From contig NC_042997.1 in assembly GCF_006345805.1 (NCBI RefSeq), positions 148,676,001 to 148,740,000 of the forward strand: DNA of 64,000 bases, in the 5' to 3' direction. This stretch comes from Octopus sinensis. Its lineage: Eukaryota. The notes below the pieces were generated by a model, which had not been told where the DNA came from, did no database searches, and saw only the letters and a program-made list of their open reading frames with translations. The position numbers were made by a program, and so were the translations under genes. The stretch's first letter is position 1. Each line of letters begins with the position of its first letter. Shown one piece after another: positions 1-14,619 of this stretch.

Positions 1-199
1 ATAAATAAAACAAAACAAAATAAATAAAGCCAAATAAAAGTAAATTACATATGTTATATCATGGCTCTCTACAATACTGAATACGACCTGAAAGAGAATT
101 ATTTGGGCTTATTTGTAGTCACTGTGTTGGCGCAATTTTCGTGTAAAAAATAGAACAACCCTTCCTTCTTATTGCCATTATGGTATTTAGATAGCATTT

Positions 200-1174
200 A
201 ACCAATATGTTGCGATGCATATGTGCTATCGTGTAATTCTCCTTTTCAACATTATAAACAAGTGAGTACATCGTAGATGCTTGACAAGGGTTTCGTGCTT
301 TCCCTTGTACGCGTGGTTGTAGAGTCGTAAATTCGTTCCCGATGAATTCCTCAGGTTTAAGTAGCGCACTTAATTATCTCACATGTATTTTCATTTCTCC
401 TTACATAAAAGGATTGACACTAGTTATAACATGTCGATGTTTGGTGGACGACATATTAACTCTGACCTTCACGGCTAGCCGTCCTAATGTAAGAGGATGA
501 AGATCATTTTCTTGACACTAATATTGGACTTCTAATGAGTTTTTGTGACAATCAAGATTTGTCTTGCTCACCATGGGAATGATAAATAGCTTCTGTGACC
601 TAATTCTTTTCGAAAATCTCTGTATTTGCGATTGTCTAAAACCCATTGACCTTTTATGCTTTTGCTTTAAAAACTTACTGAACATTACTGGGCTTTTTCC
701 AGATCTGCAGTGGAACGTTTAACACGGCTTTTCTTTTCATATTAAATACCTTACTTTGCTTGGTATTAATTTTCGTTGCTGATATCGCTCTGCAGTTCTT
801 GCATTGGTGAACGATCTCTAGCGAGACCCTGCTTTAGTATGTATATCCTTGTGATTTTTCTCTGAATGTCCTATATCTGCTATACAAAACGAATACATCT
901 ACAAGTATGACATAATTGGGGTTCCGATGAACAGGAAATTATTCCACCATTATTTATTACAAAGGAAAATTATGGCATATCCATACACGTGAAGTTGTTT
1001 CAAAGTACTGCAAAGTTAATATTCCTCCAGACATGCCGATCCAAATACACGATGAGATCAATATTAATTCACCATAGATTTTTGCCTGGGACAACAGATA
1101 AGGAAGACCTTCCTTATGGTGTATTCGTTCCATGCAATACTTTCACAGAAATGAAAAACATTTTGAAAAGCTAA
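200..1174 (+). pseudogene. Highly decayed Penelope-like element (RT remnants plus C-terminal GIY-YIG remnant)
   Basis: Motif remnants occur in the expected order on + across shifting frames: YKQ (~253), LVDDIL (~440), HFLDTNI (~505), QICS (~700), ECP..IYK (~865-905), and PYG...PCN..TEMKNIL at the end of ORF 989..1174. The last resembles the PLE endonuclease tail PY..C.LC..EK..IL. Many stops and frameshifts. Confidence 0.45.
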
Positions 1175-4100
1175 CAGAAAAAAAAAAACGTTTAACCTTA
1201 TACCAGAGAAAGGTCTCATAGTATGTCAAAACATTGTGAGGAATAGTTTGTTGCGCACCAGCTGGAATATCAGGGTTCATCCAGTGAATATTTCTAGTCA
1301 ACTCTTAACGGCAAATGAATCATCTCGTAGTCCGAATATATAATAGAGTTTCTATAAACGAAAGGGTGAAATTATCCAAGTATATATGTATAAATCTGGA
1401 AATATCGATAAGCAGAATGCGGTGAATGAATATCAAAACAATCCCAGTAATATGCTTTTAGGACATGCTTAAAACAATGCAGGTGAAAAAAAAAAGCAAA
1501 AAGAAACACGTATTTAAACAGTATACTCAGTATTCAGTAAAGAACGTAACTACACTCTACATAGTGAATACGTTATGAAAAGCATATTCAATACAATAAA
1601 AATGATATACAATATATTGCATACAGCCATGAGCAGAAGAGACGAACTCAATAGTGAAGTGATAGTACGCATTACAAAGTCAGTCGCAGCAGTAATATTA
1701 AGAAGATAAATAAGAATAACAATAAGAATATATTCTATTTTTTCTTATGAATTTTCTGACGTTAAAGTAATATATTAATTTAATACAAAAGAAATAAATC
1801 GTGTGCATGAGCTTCTTATTATTAGAAGAACGAAATAAAAAAATCAAACGCGTAGAACATAAACCATTTATGCATGATGGTGAAAGAGAGAAATAAAGAA
1901 AAAAAAACATTTAGGGTATAGCTATATCATCAAATAAGATAACGAAAGTACAAAATACACAAGCAGAGTATCGTGCCTGCAGCGGGGGGAAAATAATAGA
2001 TTATATGTAATAAAATATTTACACACCAACTCATCTAGTTTTTAGAAAATAACAGTTAAATTTTTCCTCCCTGAAATGTTCTTCCATAATCTCTGAAATA
2101 TAATCCGTCTTACGGAATAAATTTTGTTACTTTACCGTAATAGCTTAGATTAATGCTGCAGAAAACAACAACAGCAACAATTGTTTAGACTTCCTATGAT
2201 TATTAGAGTAATGAAAAGAGCTGAAACCTTATCACCCTAAGACAGCGAACGTTATTTATGCACCAGTCATTTAAACGAATAATACAAACCAAAGAAATAT
2301 CTTCTCCAAACAGCAACAATTGATTATAACACGCATTTATTCTTTTGCATACAAGGCAAGATGATAATACTCAGAACATTGTGTATCCACCATAACAATA
2401 AGTTGTGTTTGGAGATATTGCTGTTTGTTAAACAGATATGAAAGAATTCCGATTCTAGAGAATTTGTGTTTATAAATCGATGATTGCATATGGCTTACGT
2501 TTACTTCTATTTCCATTTTCCGCATGTTCTTATTGACTATATTGCAGAAGAGAGGCCAATATCAACATGGCTTAATTTGGTTTCATACAAGGTGTGTTTG
2601 TATATGAATGCCTATGCACATGCACGCGCGCAAACACGCACACACAGGCACGCACACACAAACTATTAGAAACTCGTGTATACACACTCACATATATATA
2701 TTCATTTCTCAATATACATGTTTCAGTTATTGGAATGCGGTCATGCTAGAGTCTCACGCTGATAGATATATAGATAGATTGATATATATATATATAGATA
2801 GATAGATAGATAGACAGATAGATAGATAGAAATAGATGGATGGATGCATAGATATATAAACATGTATATGTATATATATATATATATATACGCGTAAGCA
2901 ATACTCAAAACAACAAAGGTGAAAGCAAGCGATAGGGTATCAAGTTCAACCTTATTCTCGATTACAACAATAGCGACTGAAGTACATACACATAGACGCT
3001 TAGAAACCCTGTGTATCATGCAATAACGGAATTACTTTGAAACATGCGATTGTGTGTGCTCTCTTCGGAGTTTTTTGCAAAAAGCCATGTGTTTTATGTT
3101 CAATCTTTTTAACGTGTGAAAGTACAACATATATTTTCATTTAAGAATCCCAAACTCTAAGCATGAATGAATGGTACAAAATTATGTTGCAAACGGTAAA
3201 ATTTAATCTCAATCTACAACGCATTACTATGCTCATCTCTCTGCAGATAAGACACTTATATTCAACGATGGGGTTTCAGTAAATGCTGCCTTAGTTTCAC
3301 TACATTGTAAATATATGTTTCTATCTAAAATAGAAAGAACATCTCCACTGAAAGCTATTTGTATTTAACTGAACAAGTCAAATGATAGAGAGAATGAGAA
3401 AAAGAATTGAGGTGGAAAGGGTGAAAATAGTGAATATATAGTAAAATGTAACTGATGCAGTATAAGTATATATTATGAAGCTAGCGGAGGAAATAGAGCG
3501 AGGTCTTGGATGAATGAGTTACGGTTTAGACAAGTATGCTTGGTAATCAAAAGCTACGGCCATCATTTTGAACACATATTGCAATTTGGCAACAATATCG
3601 TTGTTTCAAGGTTGCTAGACATATATACACTGCATTTTGTGAGAGTGAGACACAGCAAAGCGTCTGTAAAATTTTAGACTTTATTCAAATTCACCTAGCA
3701 ACATTATTGAAAGGTATATAAAAATATTGTTGCATTTCAGGACAGTTAATTTTTTGGCTAATTAAACACACGCACTATATATTTATTCTTCACTCGTTTA
3801 TTACTGTTCTTATTTTATTATTTTGACGTATGTCCATTTTCCAGAAATATTTCGTCACACATTTGTGACCTCCTCAGCGACACTTTTCGTTTTCGTGTGC
3901 GTTCTTGCTTCACTTATTCCAATCTGTTCTTCTAAGGTATGTATCCTTAGGTACGCATGCGTTTGTCTCCTTTTTTGCGCGTGTGTGCGTGTATATGTGT
4001 GTGTATCATAGCTTTTAGCAGCAGTGTGGCCTTCCCACCAGCAGCCCCATTCACTCACCGCATTATGCTGTATTAAGACCCGAAATATATGGTACAGTTT

Positions 4101-4906
4101 CTGTATTCTTCTGTGTATATGTGCTCGCCCATGGCACTTGTTAACCGTATATACAAATATCCATACATGTATATGTATGTTTATGCGTGATTGTTTGTGT
4201 GAGTGTGCGCGTGCATGTCTATGAGTCAAACACCAACGTGCATACGTACATGAATATACGCACAGACACATATACATATGCAACATATATGCATATATGC
4301 ATACATATGAATGTATATGTATATAGGTAATTAAAAGGAGAGAATGTTAAGCAGAATAGAGTAAAGGAGAGGGGGACGTGAAATTGGAAATCTCGCAGAA
4401 TTGCTTCTGACTTTTTCTTAAAAGCGGGGTTGCTCTTATTGGTTTCATATTGTTCAACTTCATTGTATGACATATTCAGGTATAGACTGCAGACTACGTC
4501 ACTGGATGTGCAACTGAATCAGTGACACGTCTGCAGAAAATAGCAACACTTTGGCTTTATGTACAATAACATATTTATCTTTCAATAGCCTGTTTCCCAG
4601 TTAGCTTCCTAATCTCTGAAACCTTGCAATAATACAAGACGGCATGCTACCAGTTCTTTGTCTCATGTCCAAATTTAAATTCATCGTGTGGCAGAGAGAG
4701 AATTTGCTATCATTTCAATTTATTACCGATGCACAGATAAAGCTTTAGCATTTCTGACTTATGCAAAATATCCCAAGAAATACTTCCTCAAATACGTTGC
4801 ACATCCATGGCAATTTTATTTTCCTATACATTACTTACTCGGCCCGCTCATGGAATTTTGAACTTCGAAAGAGCTAACAATATCCACTTTGTAGCGCTGC
4901 AGTAAC

Positions 4907-5354
4907 TATCTGGCATTCCGTTAGTTTCCTTGAACGTTTCTTAACCCAGGATGAGAGGTGTCTTCATCACTTTGAGCCAGAGACAGAGACAATCCACGAA
5001 GCAGAAACATCTCTTCTCCTCTACTCCACCTTATAATATCTATCTATCTATCTATCGATCGATCGATCGATCTGTCTGCCTATCTATCGGTATACATACA
5101 CACACACATATATATATAATATGTATATTTGTAAATGTATATAAACATGTATATATATATGTATATACACAAACATATACACGTATATACATATATATAC
5201 ACACATATACATATATATGCGTATATATATATATCTGGCATTCCGTTAGTTTCCTTGAACGTTTCTTAACCCAGGATGAGAGGTGTCTTCATCACTTTGA
5301 GCCAGAGACAGAGACAATCCACGAAGCAGAAACATCTCTTCTCCTCTACTCCAC
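4907..5354. repeat. 123-bp direct duplication (4907-5029 and 5232-5354) flanking a 202-bp simple-repeat insert
   Basis: The sequence tatctggcattccg...ctactccac occurs twice at an offset of 325 bp. Confidence 0.95.
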
Positions 5355-5750
5355 AGAAGGCCTAAGTCTTTATATCTACAGGGAAGGTAATGGCCTCACG
5401 TGTAGGGTATGCAAAAACCACACCATTTATTAATTATTTTCAAAAAATCAACACCATCAATATGGATTATTATGCTAGCATACTAAGGGTACTTACGAGA
5501 TGATATTATGATATAATGCCCAGGAAAGCAGCCTTGTTTCATCAGTACTCATGCACGCAAGTCCTTCGTTTCAACGGCTGCCGTGCATGAGGCTGGCATT
5601 CAATTGGTTGATTACCCTTCCTGTTTCCCCGATTTGGCCATATCTTTCTATCATATTTGCTTCAACATGAAAATATAAGATTGGGAACCAGTATTACAGT
5701 GAGATGATGATATCATATCTGCTGGAAGAAAGTTTCATCAACTGTACCGG
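4907..5750 (+). mobile_element. Mariner transposase remnant (catalytic half), interrupted by a duplication and a microsatellite insert
   Basis: FLERFLTQDERCLHHFEPET resembles the mariner FL.RIVTGDE.W..Y.PE motif. It is followed by KVMA-like, TIN..YYA-like, LFHQ-like and (P)DLA-like segments in shifting frames. No TIRs seen. Confidence 0.75.
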
Positions 5751-6217
5751 AGCGCTGCAGCATCGATGGAAAATGTGCGTTGACAGCAAGGGGAAAAAAC
5801 AAAGCTCATTTGGTCACATTCCATGAATTTAAGTTGGTCACCCTGTCCACATTTCAGCCGATCTTCGTAAGCGTGTAAAAGAAATATATGTATACACACA
5901 AATGCAGACAGGCAGACATACACAGTCATGAGCACATCCACACAAACGCGCGCGTACACATTCAGATATATATATGTATATATACATAAGTATATGCATG
6001 TATATATATATATAATATATATATTATATATATATATAATATATACATATATATATACGTACCCGTCGTAAAATAACGACTCAGGAGATAAGATAAGTTT
6101 AAAGAAATACTCCGGTCAATTCATTCGACTATAAGACCTTCAAGGCATTACTCCAGCATGGCTTCAGTCTTATGAAAGAGACAAGTAAAAGATATGTATG
6201 TATGTATGTATATATTT

Positions 6218-6256
<39 letters not shown>

Positions 6257-6974
6257 GCTGTATAACAGAGTATGTCTTCGTGTATGTCCACATATATTCA
6301 CACATACGCTCACACATACGCACACACATACGCACACACATACACACATAAGTTTTATGTTGAAAAGCTACAGAGACACACATACCTGTATATTTATACT
6401 TTTACACACGTATTCAAAAATAGTGCTTTAGATCAATTTCAGTTGATAAGCTTAACACTGATAACTATCTTTTTCGAAGTATATCAATTCAATTGTGATA
6501 GAACACCGAAATAGATTTTCTTCATTGTCATTTTTAATAATTCATCTTATATTATTTGTTGCATTCTGAGGAATTTCCATTTTTTATTCCTTTTCATTTT
6601 CACCCAGACAATTTAATTTTGCAATTCATTCATTGAATTTCTGCTAAAAATGTTGATAAATTGTTATATATACGCAATCCTCAGTCTGCACTCATGCACA
6701 TATATGCACGTATATGCACATAAATATTTCAAAACGCATACACACATACGGATATACTGGTCTGTTTTTCGGTGATGATAACAATTTATCTATAATGTTA
6801 TGCTCAAGAATTATTCTCATACCGTGGAAACTATTGTAGTAAATTTTCATTTCTTGGCCGATTCAAAAGGTTATACAATAATACATATATATAAATACTC
6901 AGACATAAACACACATATATACATATAAACACATATATTATACATCCATGCGCACATATATATTCACAGACCTA

Positions 6975-6987
6975 TGTATGCACCACC

Positions 6988-7080
<93 letters not shown>

Positions 7081-7138
7081 CATATATATATATATATATA
7101 CATATATATATGCATATACATATATAAATATATATATA

Positions 7139-7180
<42 letters not shown>

Positions 7181-7239
7181 TATATATATATATATAAATA
7201 CATATATATATACAAATATATGTATATAAAGACATATAT

Positions 7240-7292
<53 letters not shown>
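6975..7292. repeat. Long interrupted (TA)n microsatellite
   Basis: Directly visible. Confidence 0.97.
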
Positions 7293-7299
<7 letters not shown>

Positions 7300-7426
7300 A
7301 CAGCTAAGTATATTATAAAGAACATTTCTTACTCTAAATTCATCAATTTCCGCTCCATTTTTTCCTCATCATAAGTGTGTGTGTGTGAGTGTGTTTGTGT
7401 GTAGACATATACACACATATATATGT

Positions 7427-7475
<49 letters not shown>

Positions 7476-8137
7476 ATAGATGGAGAGATAGATATGGAGT
7501 GATTGATATAGGTGATTTATGTATATAGGTATAGGCATAATTTTATACACACACACATATACTTAGTTACACACGCTCATGCATAGATATATAATTTGTA
7601 ATAGTTGTTCAAACGCATCAATACAAGAGTAAGAGAGATAAACGCCGCATATTCACATAACCATCGTACATGATACATTTTGGAAACCTCATTACTCTCT
7701 ACGTTTAAATACATAAATCTGTGAATATATATGAATATGTATGAAAGTATGTTGATATTTATCTATATCTATTCTTTGTTGTTCTGGAATTGCAAAGAAT
7801 TCTTAGATAAATCAAACATTTCTGAAGGAAAAGCAATCAGATTGCGTAATTTTTTCTTCTTTTAGGCTTATGGTCAAAAGAATACCGTAAAATGTAAAAT
7901 GAAAACGGAAACAAAATTCTGTTATAAAATTCGTTTGATTTAATGCCTAACTTTCGCATTCACTGAAATCCATAATTTCAGAAGGACAGGTAATTATGGG
8001 AATATATTTTTGTGCAGCAAAATCAATGAAAAAAATATGGCAACCCATAAACATGTGCAGCATAACAAACCCGTACGTACTAATACAAATCATCGCACTG
8101 AAAATGGCCAATCAGGTCTTATCATAGAGTTATATGA

Positions 8138-8246
<109 letters not shown>

Positions 8247-8707
8247 CCCCCCTTTGTTCTTTTTTCTTACTTTCTTTTTAATTTTTTTTTCTTTCTTTCG
8301 TTATATCTGTCTATCTATATACACAAATATATGTATGTTCATACACACTAACACACAGAGACACCGAGACTCACACACCCACAAACACACATACATACAC
8401 ATACATATATATAAGTATACATACAAATATACACGTGTGGGTGGGTGTATATATGCATACATACACGTACATGTGTTATATTTCATGAAAAACAAAAAAT
8501 GAGCCCCCACACCACTTTAAAATACTTCTTCTATTTGTTGTCTTGAATGAGCAGAAAATCAAATATGGGGTTTCAAAATCCCTGTATTTGAAAGAATCGT
8601 GTATTATCAATGCATATTGTCCAAAACGAGGATTTGTTCGCTGAACACTAAATATAAGAGAAATGTTAAATTTAATTTCAAATATGCCTAAGTGCTTTTT
8701 GAGAGAA

Positions 8708-8795
<88 letters not shown>

Positions 8796-8853
8796 GTCTG
8801 TCTGTCTGTCTATCTGTCTATAAATCTATCAATCTATCTATATACCTACCTAC

Positions 8854-8916
<63 letters not shown>

Positions 8917-8950
8917 ACTAACTATCTACCTATCTCTCTCTCTATCTATC
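8708..8950. repeat. (TATC)n/(TGTC)n compound microsatellite
   Basis: Directly visible. Confidence 0.95.
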
Positions 8951-9674
8951 TATGTATATATATATAAAGATATATATCCACAGACACACACATACACGCA
9001 TAACTACGTTGCTTGTGTACAGTGAATAAGATATGTGTGCTTGATATATGTTGTAGAGGATATTTTCTCATCATTAGTTTCATTTTCAATAAACACCATG
9101 TGTGTGTATGTGTGTGCATGTGAACGGGTGTGTATATGTGTGAATATGACTGAGTGTGTGCGTGTGTGTGCATACACGTATGTGTCATTAATTTAGAAGT
9201 GGTATATCTGAGCAGCTTCAAATAGTAAAGTGATTCGGCACTGTTTCATATCGTACTCTGCCTTATCAAACTGTGTTTCAGGTCCGCTACAACATGGATA
9301 GTACGTGAGGAAATGCAGCAAAATCCAAGAAAGAGAAAAATCAAAGAAATTGATATCATTTTATTCTCGAGTTACACATATTTCCTTATGGAGTAGCCAT
9401 GCTATTGAGGCCTGAATTATTGAAGAACGAGCACAGTACGCTCTAAAAGTGCATCCGATTTACTGCGTCATTCGACCCTGAAACTTGAAGTAACATATGT
9501 ATGATACACGTATTCATTAAAACATATTTATCTCTCACTGGATTGAATAGTTTTTCGCTGATCCTAACCAGCGAACTGCATGTATACATATGTGTGCGTG
9601 AGTGTCTCTGTGTATGTCTCTGTACGTGCGTTTGTGCGTGGGCGTGTGCGTGTGTGTTTTCATGTGTGTGTGTT

Positions 9675-9721
<47 letters not shown>

Positions 9722-12700
9722 GGGAGTATTCATTTATACAATCTTTAATCTGATTTCCTAAAATTGATTTCTAGATTTTCATCTACCACTTTTAGAAAGG
9801 TGATATGTCGCACGTTCGGATGACCTCTACTCAACTCTACTCTCTACTGCTACTCTATTCTCCCCGTCTAGACTTCTCCCTCTATATCTATGTATTGGTC
9901 TAGTCGACTTCATCGTTTGGGGGCGTCGACACAACAAAAGGCTATATATGTTTCATGGGATTGCAAGCTTGAAAAGTTTTCAGGTTTGCTCTTACAGACT
10001 CATTTCTTTCATGCCACAGCTAGTGTTTGTGTAAATCGATTTATCCAGGTAATGAATCCTGAACTAACTCTGCAACTTTGTATGGAGGTCGCTTAAATAC
10101 ATCAGATTAATTTCTGTTTAAATTTTTATTGTATAATCAATCTTCCCGTATCACATCAATGCCTTTCAACAGTTGATTTCATTCAAATTATACAAAAGTA
10201 TACAAAATAAATAGCTACAAAATGTAGTTATTCATTTGAAGACGATTAGACAGTTTCCCTTATATTCTCAAAATATACTAAACTTGCGTCATTTTCCAAT
10301 TACGTTTCATTAAAATAGTGAGAGTATAGTCAGTCCCTATTAAAAGTCAATACTTTCTTTGTTGAATTAATTTTAATTTATTTCCGAAAAGAAAGGTATA
10401 AAATCCATAGTTCTTTATTTGTTCTTTATTTACTTTTTAGAAAATTAGCTTAACGAATGTGATTTTAAAAGTACGAGTTGATTCCTTCTGTTTGCAGCAC
10501 ACTAGGCGTATCTTTGCATTTGCTTGTTTATACTCTCCTTTGGATGGAGGAATGTGTCACGTATGTACAACCTCCACATTTTTGTGCTCCGAAGCATATT
10601 AACGGCATCTTAGCTAGAATTCGAGCTGAGTAAACAGATGATATTTCGAAAGAACATGCTAAAATCCACACTGAGAAACGTAACACATTTAAAATGTAAA
10701 TACTTTTCATAATGTAAGCAATACTATGGAGATAGAAATTGTTCTGCACCAACACAATGCCTTTCGGTACAAGGGAGTTTGCCTCATTTTCCTGGTCTTA
10801 GCTTGTCACGCTGCATCTAGTTATGTTGATTCAATCTCTTGATAATTCTACGTTACTTTTTGCAATTCCTGAAAATGGTCAGCATAACTTTTCCCGGCTG
10901 CTGATGCTATGTATTTATCCAAACGGACGGTTGCAGATTATTGCATTGCATACACTGTCATATAATATTCGAGTTGCAGTTATACATGCATCTTTTGTCA
11001 ACAGTAAGCATATTTTTCGAGCTGTCATACTTGTTATTGTAGAGATCAAAAAATCGCATCACATTTCAATAAATTTTTCAATGGAATTTAGATAAAGGCA
11101 ACTGTGATCTGAATGATTTCATACGCAATTCTATGCATAATCTGTATTTTATTTGCCGCCTCACGAATAGGTATCAATATATATATAAGGGTGCTCAAAA
11201 GAATCATGCCATGCATACATTCATTGTTGTCAGCATCTGAATGCATAAGCAATTGAGCTACTCCTTTATGATGAGCCATCATTTTCAAATATGTTTTCGA
11301 GAATTCCGCCCGTTGTTAAACATTCTGCTGCATGAAAACTACATCGCGTTGCTGTGCAAAATCGCTTGTTTTATTCTGGCTCCAGATACACATTTATTGC
11401 ATGGGGCAAATCTCTGAACATTGTAGAGTGATCATGGCTATGAAAATAGGCATGAAAAAAGCTATGAAAATATCGAAATCTTCAATGGCGTTTTACTTTC
11501 TAACAGTTGTCGCAATGATTTGAGACAGACGAAGGGTTGTGATGCACGTACAACTAAATTCTCAGCCCTTAGGATCAATATTACCACTACACTGCGAGTA
11601 ATTAATGATTAACCCTTGTTATATGTTGTGTTTAGATTTGAAAACGATTCTTGCATTCAGTGTAATAAAGTCATGACATAGTAAAGGGGTTAAAGAGATT
11701 ATATTCATGCTATTAGTAATAATAGTAGGAATATTTCAATAATGTTGTTACTGATTATTACGGAGAAGAATTAGAATATTAACAACATAAACATGAACGC
11801 TAATGCTGATTTTATACATGATACGAGTAATCATATTTGTATCCTATGAATGGTCATTACTCGCAATTCTAGAGGAATTGCCTTTAACAAAACGCTACAG
11901 ATATGTATATTGGGTTATCCTTTGATTTCAAGAGACGTTATTTAGTTAATGTTGGGGAATTTTCTAATATGACCCGCAAATCTTCAATTTCGTTTGCTAA
12001 TTATATCCATTATTTCAAGGTTAACAACTGTTTTATTTTAAGAGCAGAATATTTTATAAGTTACACTTACTGCATGGAATATGTATTGCAGGGAATCCAT
12101 AGAATTATTTATTTTGAGACAACAGAAATCTCTTAATCAAACTACGTGACGCTAATACATTCTGTAGGCATAATTTTGATAAACGTTTACTTTTTACAAT
12201 GAATTAATACGCCCCAATCATCTTACATGAATTTTATTTTGTATTTCAAGTTAAGTCATATATTTTTCTTCATACGTTACAAATATAACCTGGGCCAATT
12301 AAAAATATGACACGTGTATTCTTATGATAACGTTTCTAAAATTCTCTTTATATTTGTATAACATATTTATATATTAATCTTTTTTATAGCCCCTGCTGAT
12401 ATATTTTTCCCAGTTTAGGTTCAGGTTTTAAGCTTCTTTCTATATTCTTATTTACTTATTTTTCTGTCGCTTTCATTCCTTTACATTATTATCACGATTC
12501 CTGTCTTGTCTAGTCTACACGCTTGGTTGATTATACTTTATTAAGGCCGTCAAAAGGTCATCGGACACTCGCTTAGCAGGAGATACCAATCTGAGACTAC
12601 CTTTCTTTTTCTTTCGTTTTTATCTATCCTTTTTCTTTATTCCATTCTTTACTTTTAATTAATTATCTTCCATCTTATTTCTGTACTATATCTTCCTTAT

Positions 12701-12829
12701 ACTTAGATTTATCTTTTGTTGTGATGCCTTGCTATATTTTGTCTCTATTTCCGGTCACTTTGTTTATTCGAATTGATAAATTTGAAAGATTCACACAGTT
12801 ACTGAGAAATTGGGAAAAAAAGAAAAAGA

Positions 12830-13095
12830 ATAAAATATGTGGGGGAGGGGTAAGCAGCGGAGATGAAGTGGAGGGAGTGATGACCCTCATCTCCCAGAAC
12901 AAGCGGGCTGTTCTGCCGCAGCCTGCGGTAATTGTGTCGATAGCACTGCCATGGAAAATGCTACAAATGCCGCTGCACCTCGGGGGGCTCATTTCTCTGA
13001 CAGGTCATTCTTATCCCCTATTTTCTGACGGAAATCGGTAGTAAGGCGTTCTAGAAAACCTGGCGTCTCAACGACGACCGTCTCCCCGCCTATTT
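12830..13095. other. GC-richer island, probably a retroelement fragment (unclassified)
   Basis: Sharp rise in GC and sequence complexity against an AT-rich background. No recognisable motif in any frame. Confidence 0.25.
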
Positions 13096-13599
13096 TTTCT
13101 GCTGACATGTTTTATATCTATCTCTCACTTATTCTCCTACACTCATCATTACTTGCATCTCCTCATTCTCGATCTCATGTAGTCTGATAATAGTATATGT
13201 TAAGATAATTAATTTATTTTGTAACTAATCTATTTATTTGTTGATGCACTCCGACTTAATGGACAAACTATTTGACATCTATTGTTCAGTGACTTTGTTA
13301 ATGTCTTTATGGATCATTTCGGTTTGGCTGCCAACATCAATTTCTGTTCGAATTGATTTCATATTCAGTGTAACGATATACTTTTATAGGCTAATGAATG
13401 ACATGGAAATCATATTCGCTATAAAGCAATCAATAAAGAGTTATTGGCAATTAAAGATTGAACATTTTGGGTAATTTTAGCCAATCGTCAGCCACAGACA
13501 CATGGATGCCTGTTTCCATCGTAACAAGTGGATCACGAAAGCACGTATTGACATGAAAGCACGTGTCGACAAATACCACTTGTTATATATATCTGTTGA

Positions 13600-14460
13600 C
13601 ATCTGAGCTTGTGAATTATGTGACGCAGAAGATGTGAAAATTGTGATTTGTTCGAGAAATTAATTGAATGAATTTCCTACTTTCGTTTTGAATGGACTGG
13701 TCGACATTTTTTTTTAATATTAAATTTGTAATATGCTATTTTGTTTTTAGATAAATCTGCTAAGTCTGTGCTATCGCATTGAATGCATATTGAATCCTTG
13801 ACATTCAATCATTTTGAGTTTTAGAGTTGTCATTGACTTGTGAAGATCCGTTCTTCGTTAGTTTCCGTGTGAATGACAGCACATCCTGTCAACTATAAAC
13901 ACGTGAAATATTATGCCTAATACAGCCTTTTCGACGCACATACATACATATTCATACTTCTTTTCTGTATGTATGCGTGTGGAGTGTAGATAACAAAAAT
14001 AATGCCGCATTTTAAACTTGAGAAAAGCCTTGCATATTTTAATGCGCAAGTTATGCTGTCGTTATGCATGTATGTATGCACTTTTGTTCATGTATGTGTA
14101 TGCGGTTAGCGTTCGTTCTTACCTGCTTCATTTTGTGTATGTAAATTTCCAACAAAAAAACGAAATCGACGTCGAAAAAACCCTATTAGTGATAATATTT
14201 AATGTGTTTACAGTTGACAACAACGCGCTGTCACGCACACGGAAACAAACAAACGAATCTCGACAAGTCTGAGACTCAAAACGATTAAATGTTGAATGCT
14301 TTAAACTACAAAAGATGTGTTGTTTATTCTTTCTGTTTTGTTTTTTTTTGTCATTGACATATATCAGACTACGATAAATTTAAAAATACTATTCTTTGTG
14401 TAATTTATCAATTCATTTCATTTACATCAAAATTGAAGAATAATACAATTCACAGCTACT
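13600..14460. mobile_element. Old MITE/foldback-like element with long diverged inverted repeats
   Basis: 13801-13936 aligns by eye to the reverse complement of 14170-14292 (e.g. gtttccgtgtgaatgacagc versus gctgtcacgcacacggaaac). Weaker symmetry continues outward. Confidence 0.55.
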
Positions 14461-14619
14461 TTAAAAAAAATTGATTAATATGGTTTTAGAAGGAACGTAA
14501 TTTTACGAAGAATTTCGAACGTAAAACGTGTAGCATCGGGGAAGAAAAAAATGCAAGCGTAAAGGAAACAGGAACACATGCAAATTCCTAATATAAGCAT
14601 GCCAATATATATATATATA

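Noticed and set aside
10528-11523. GPCR or chemoreceptor pseudogene
   Set aside because: The hydrophobic segments are in different frames and in the wrong order for a 7TM protein, and no diagnostic motif is present.
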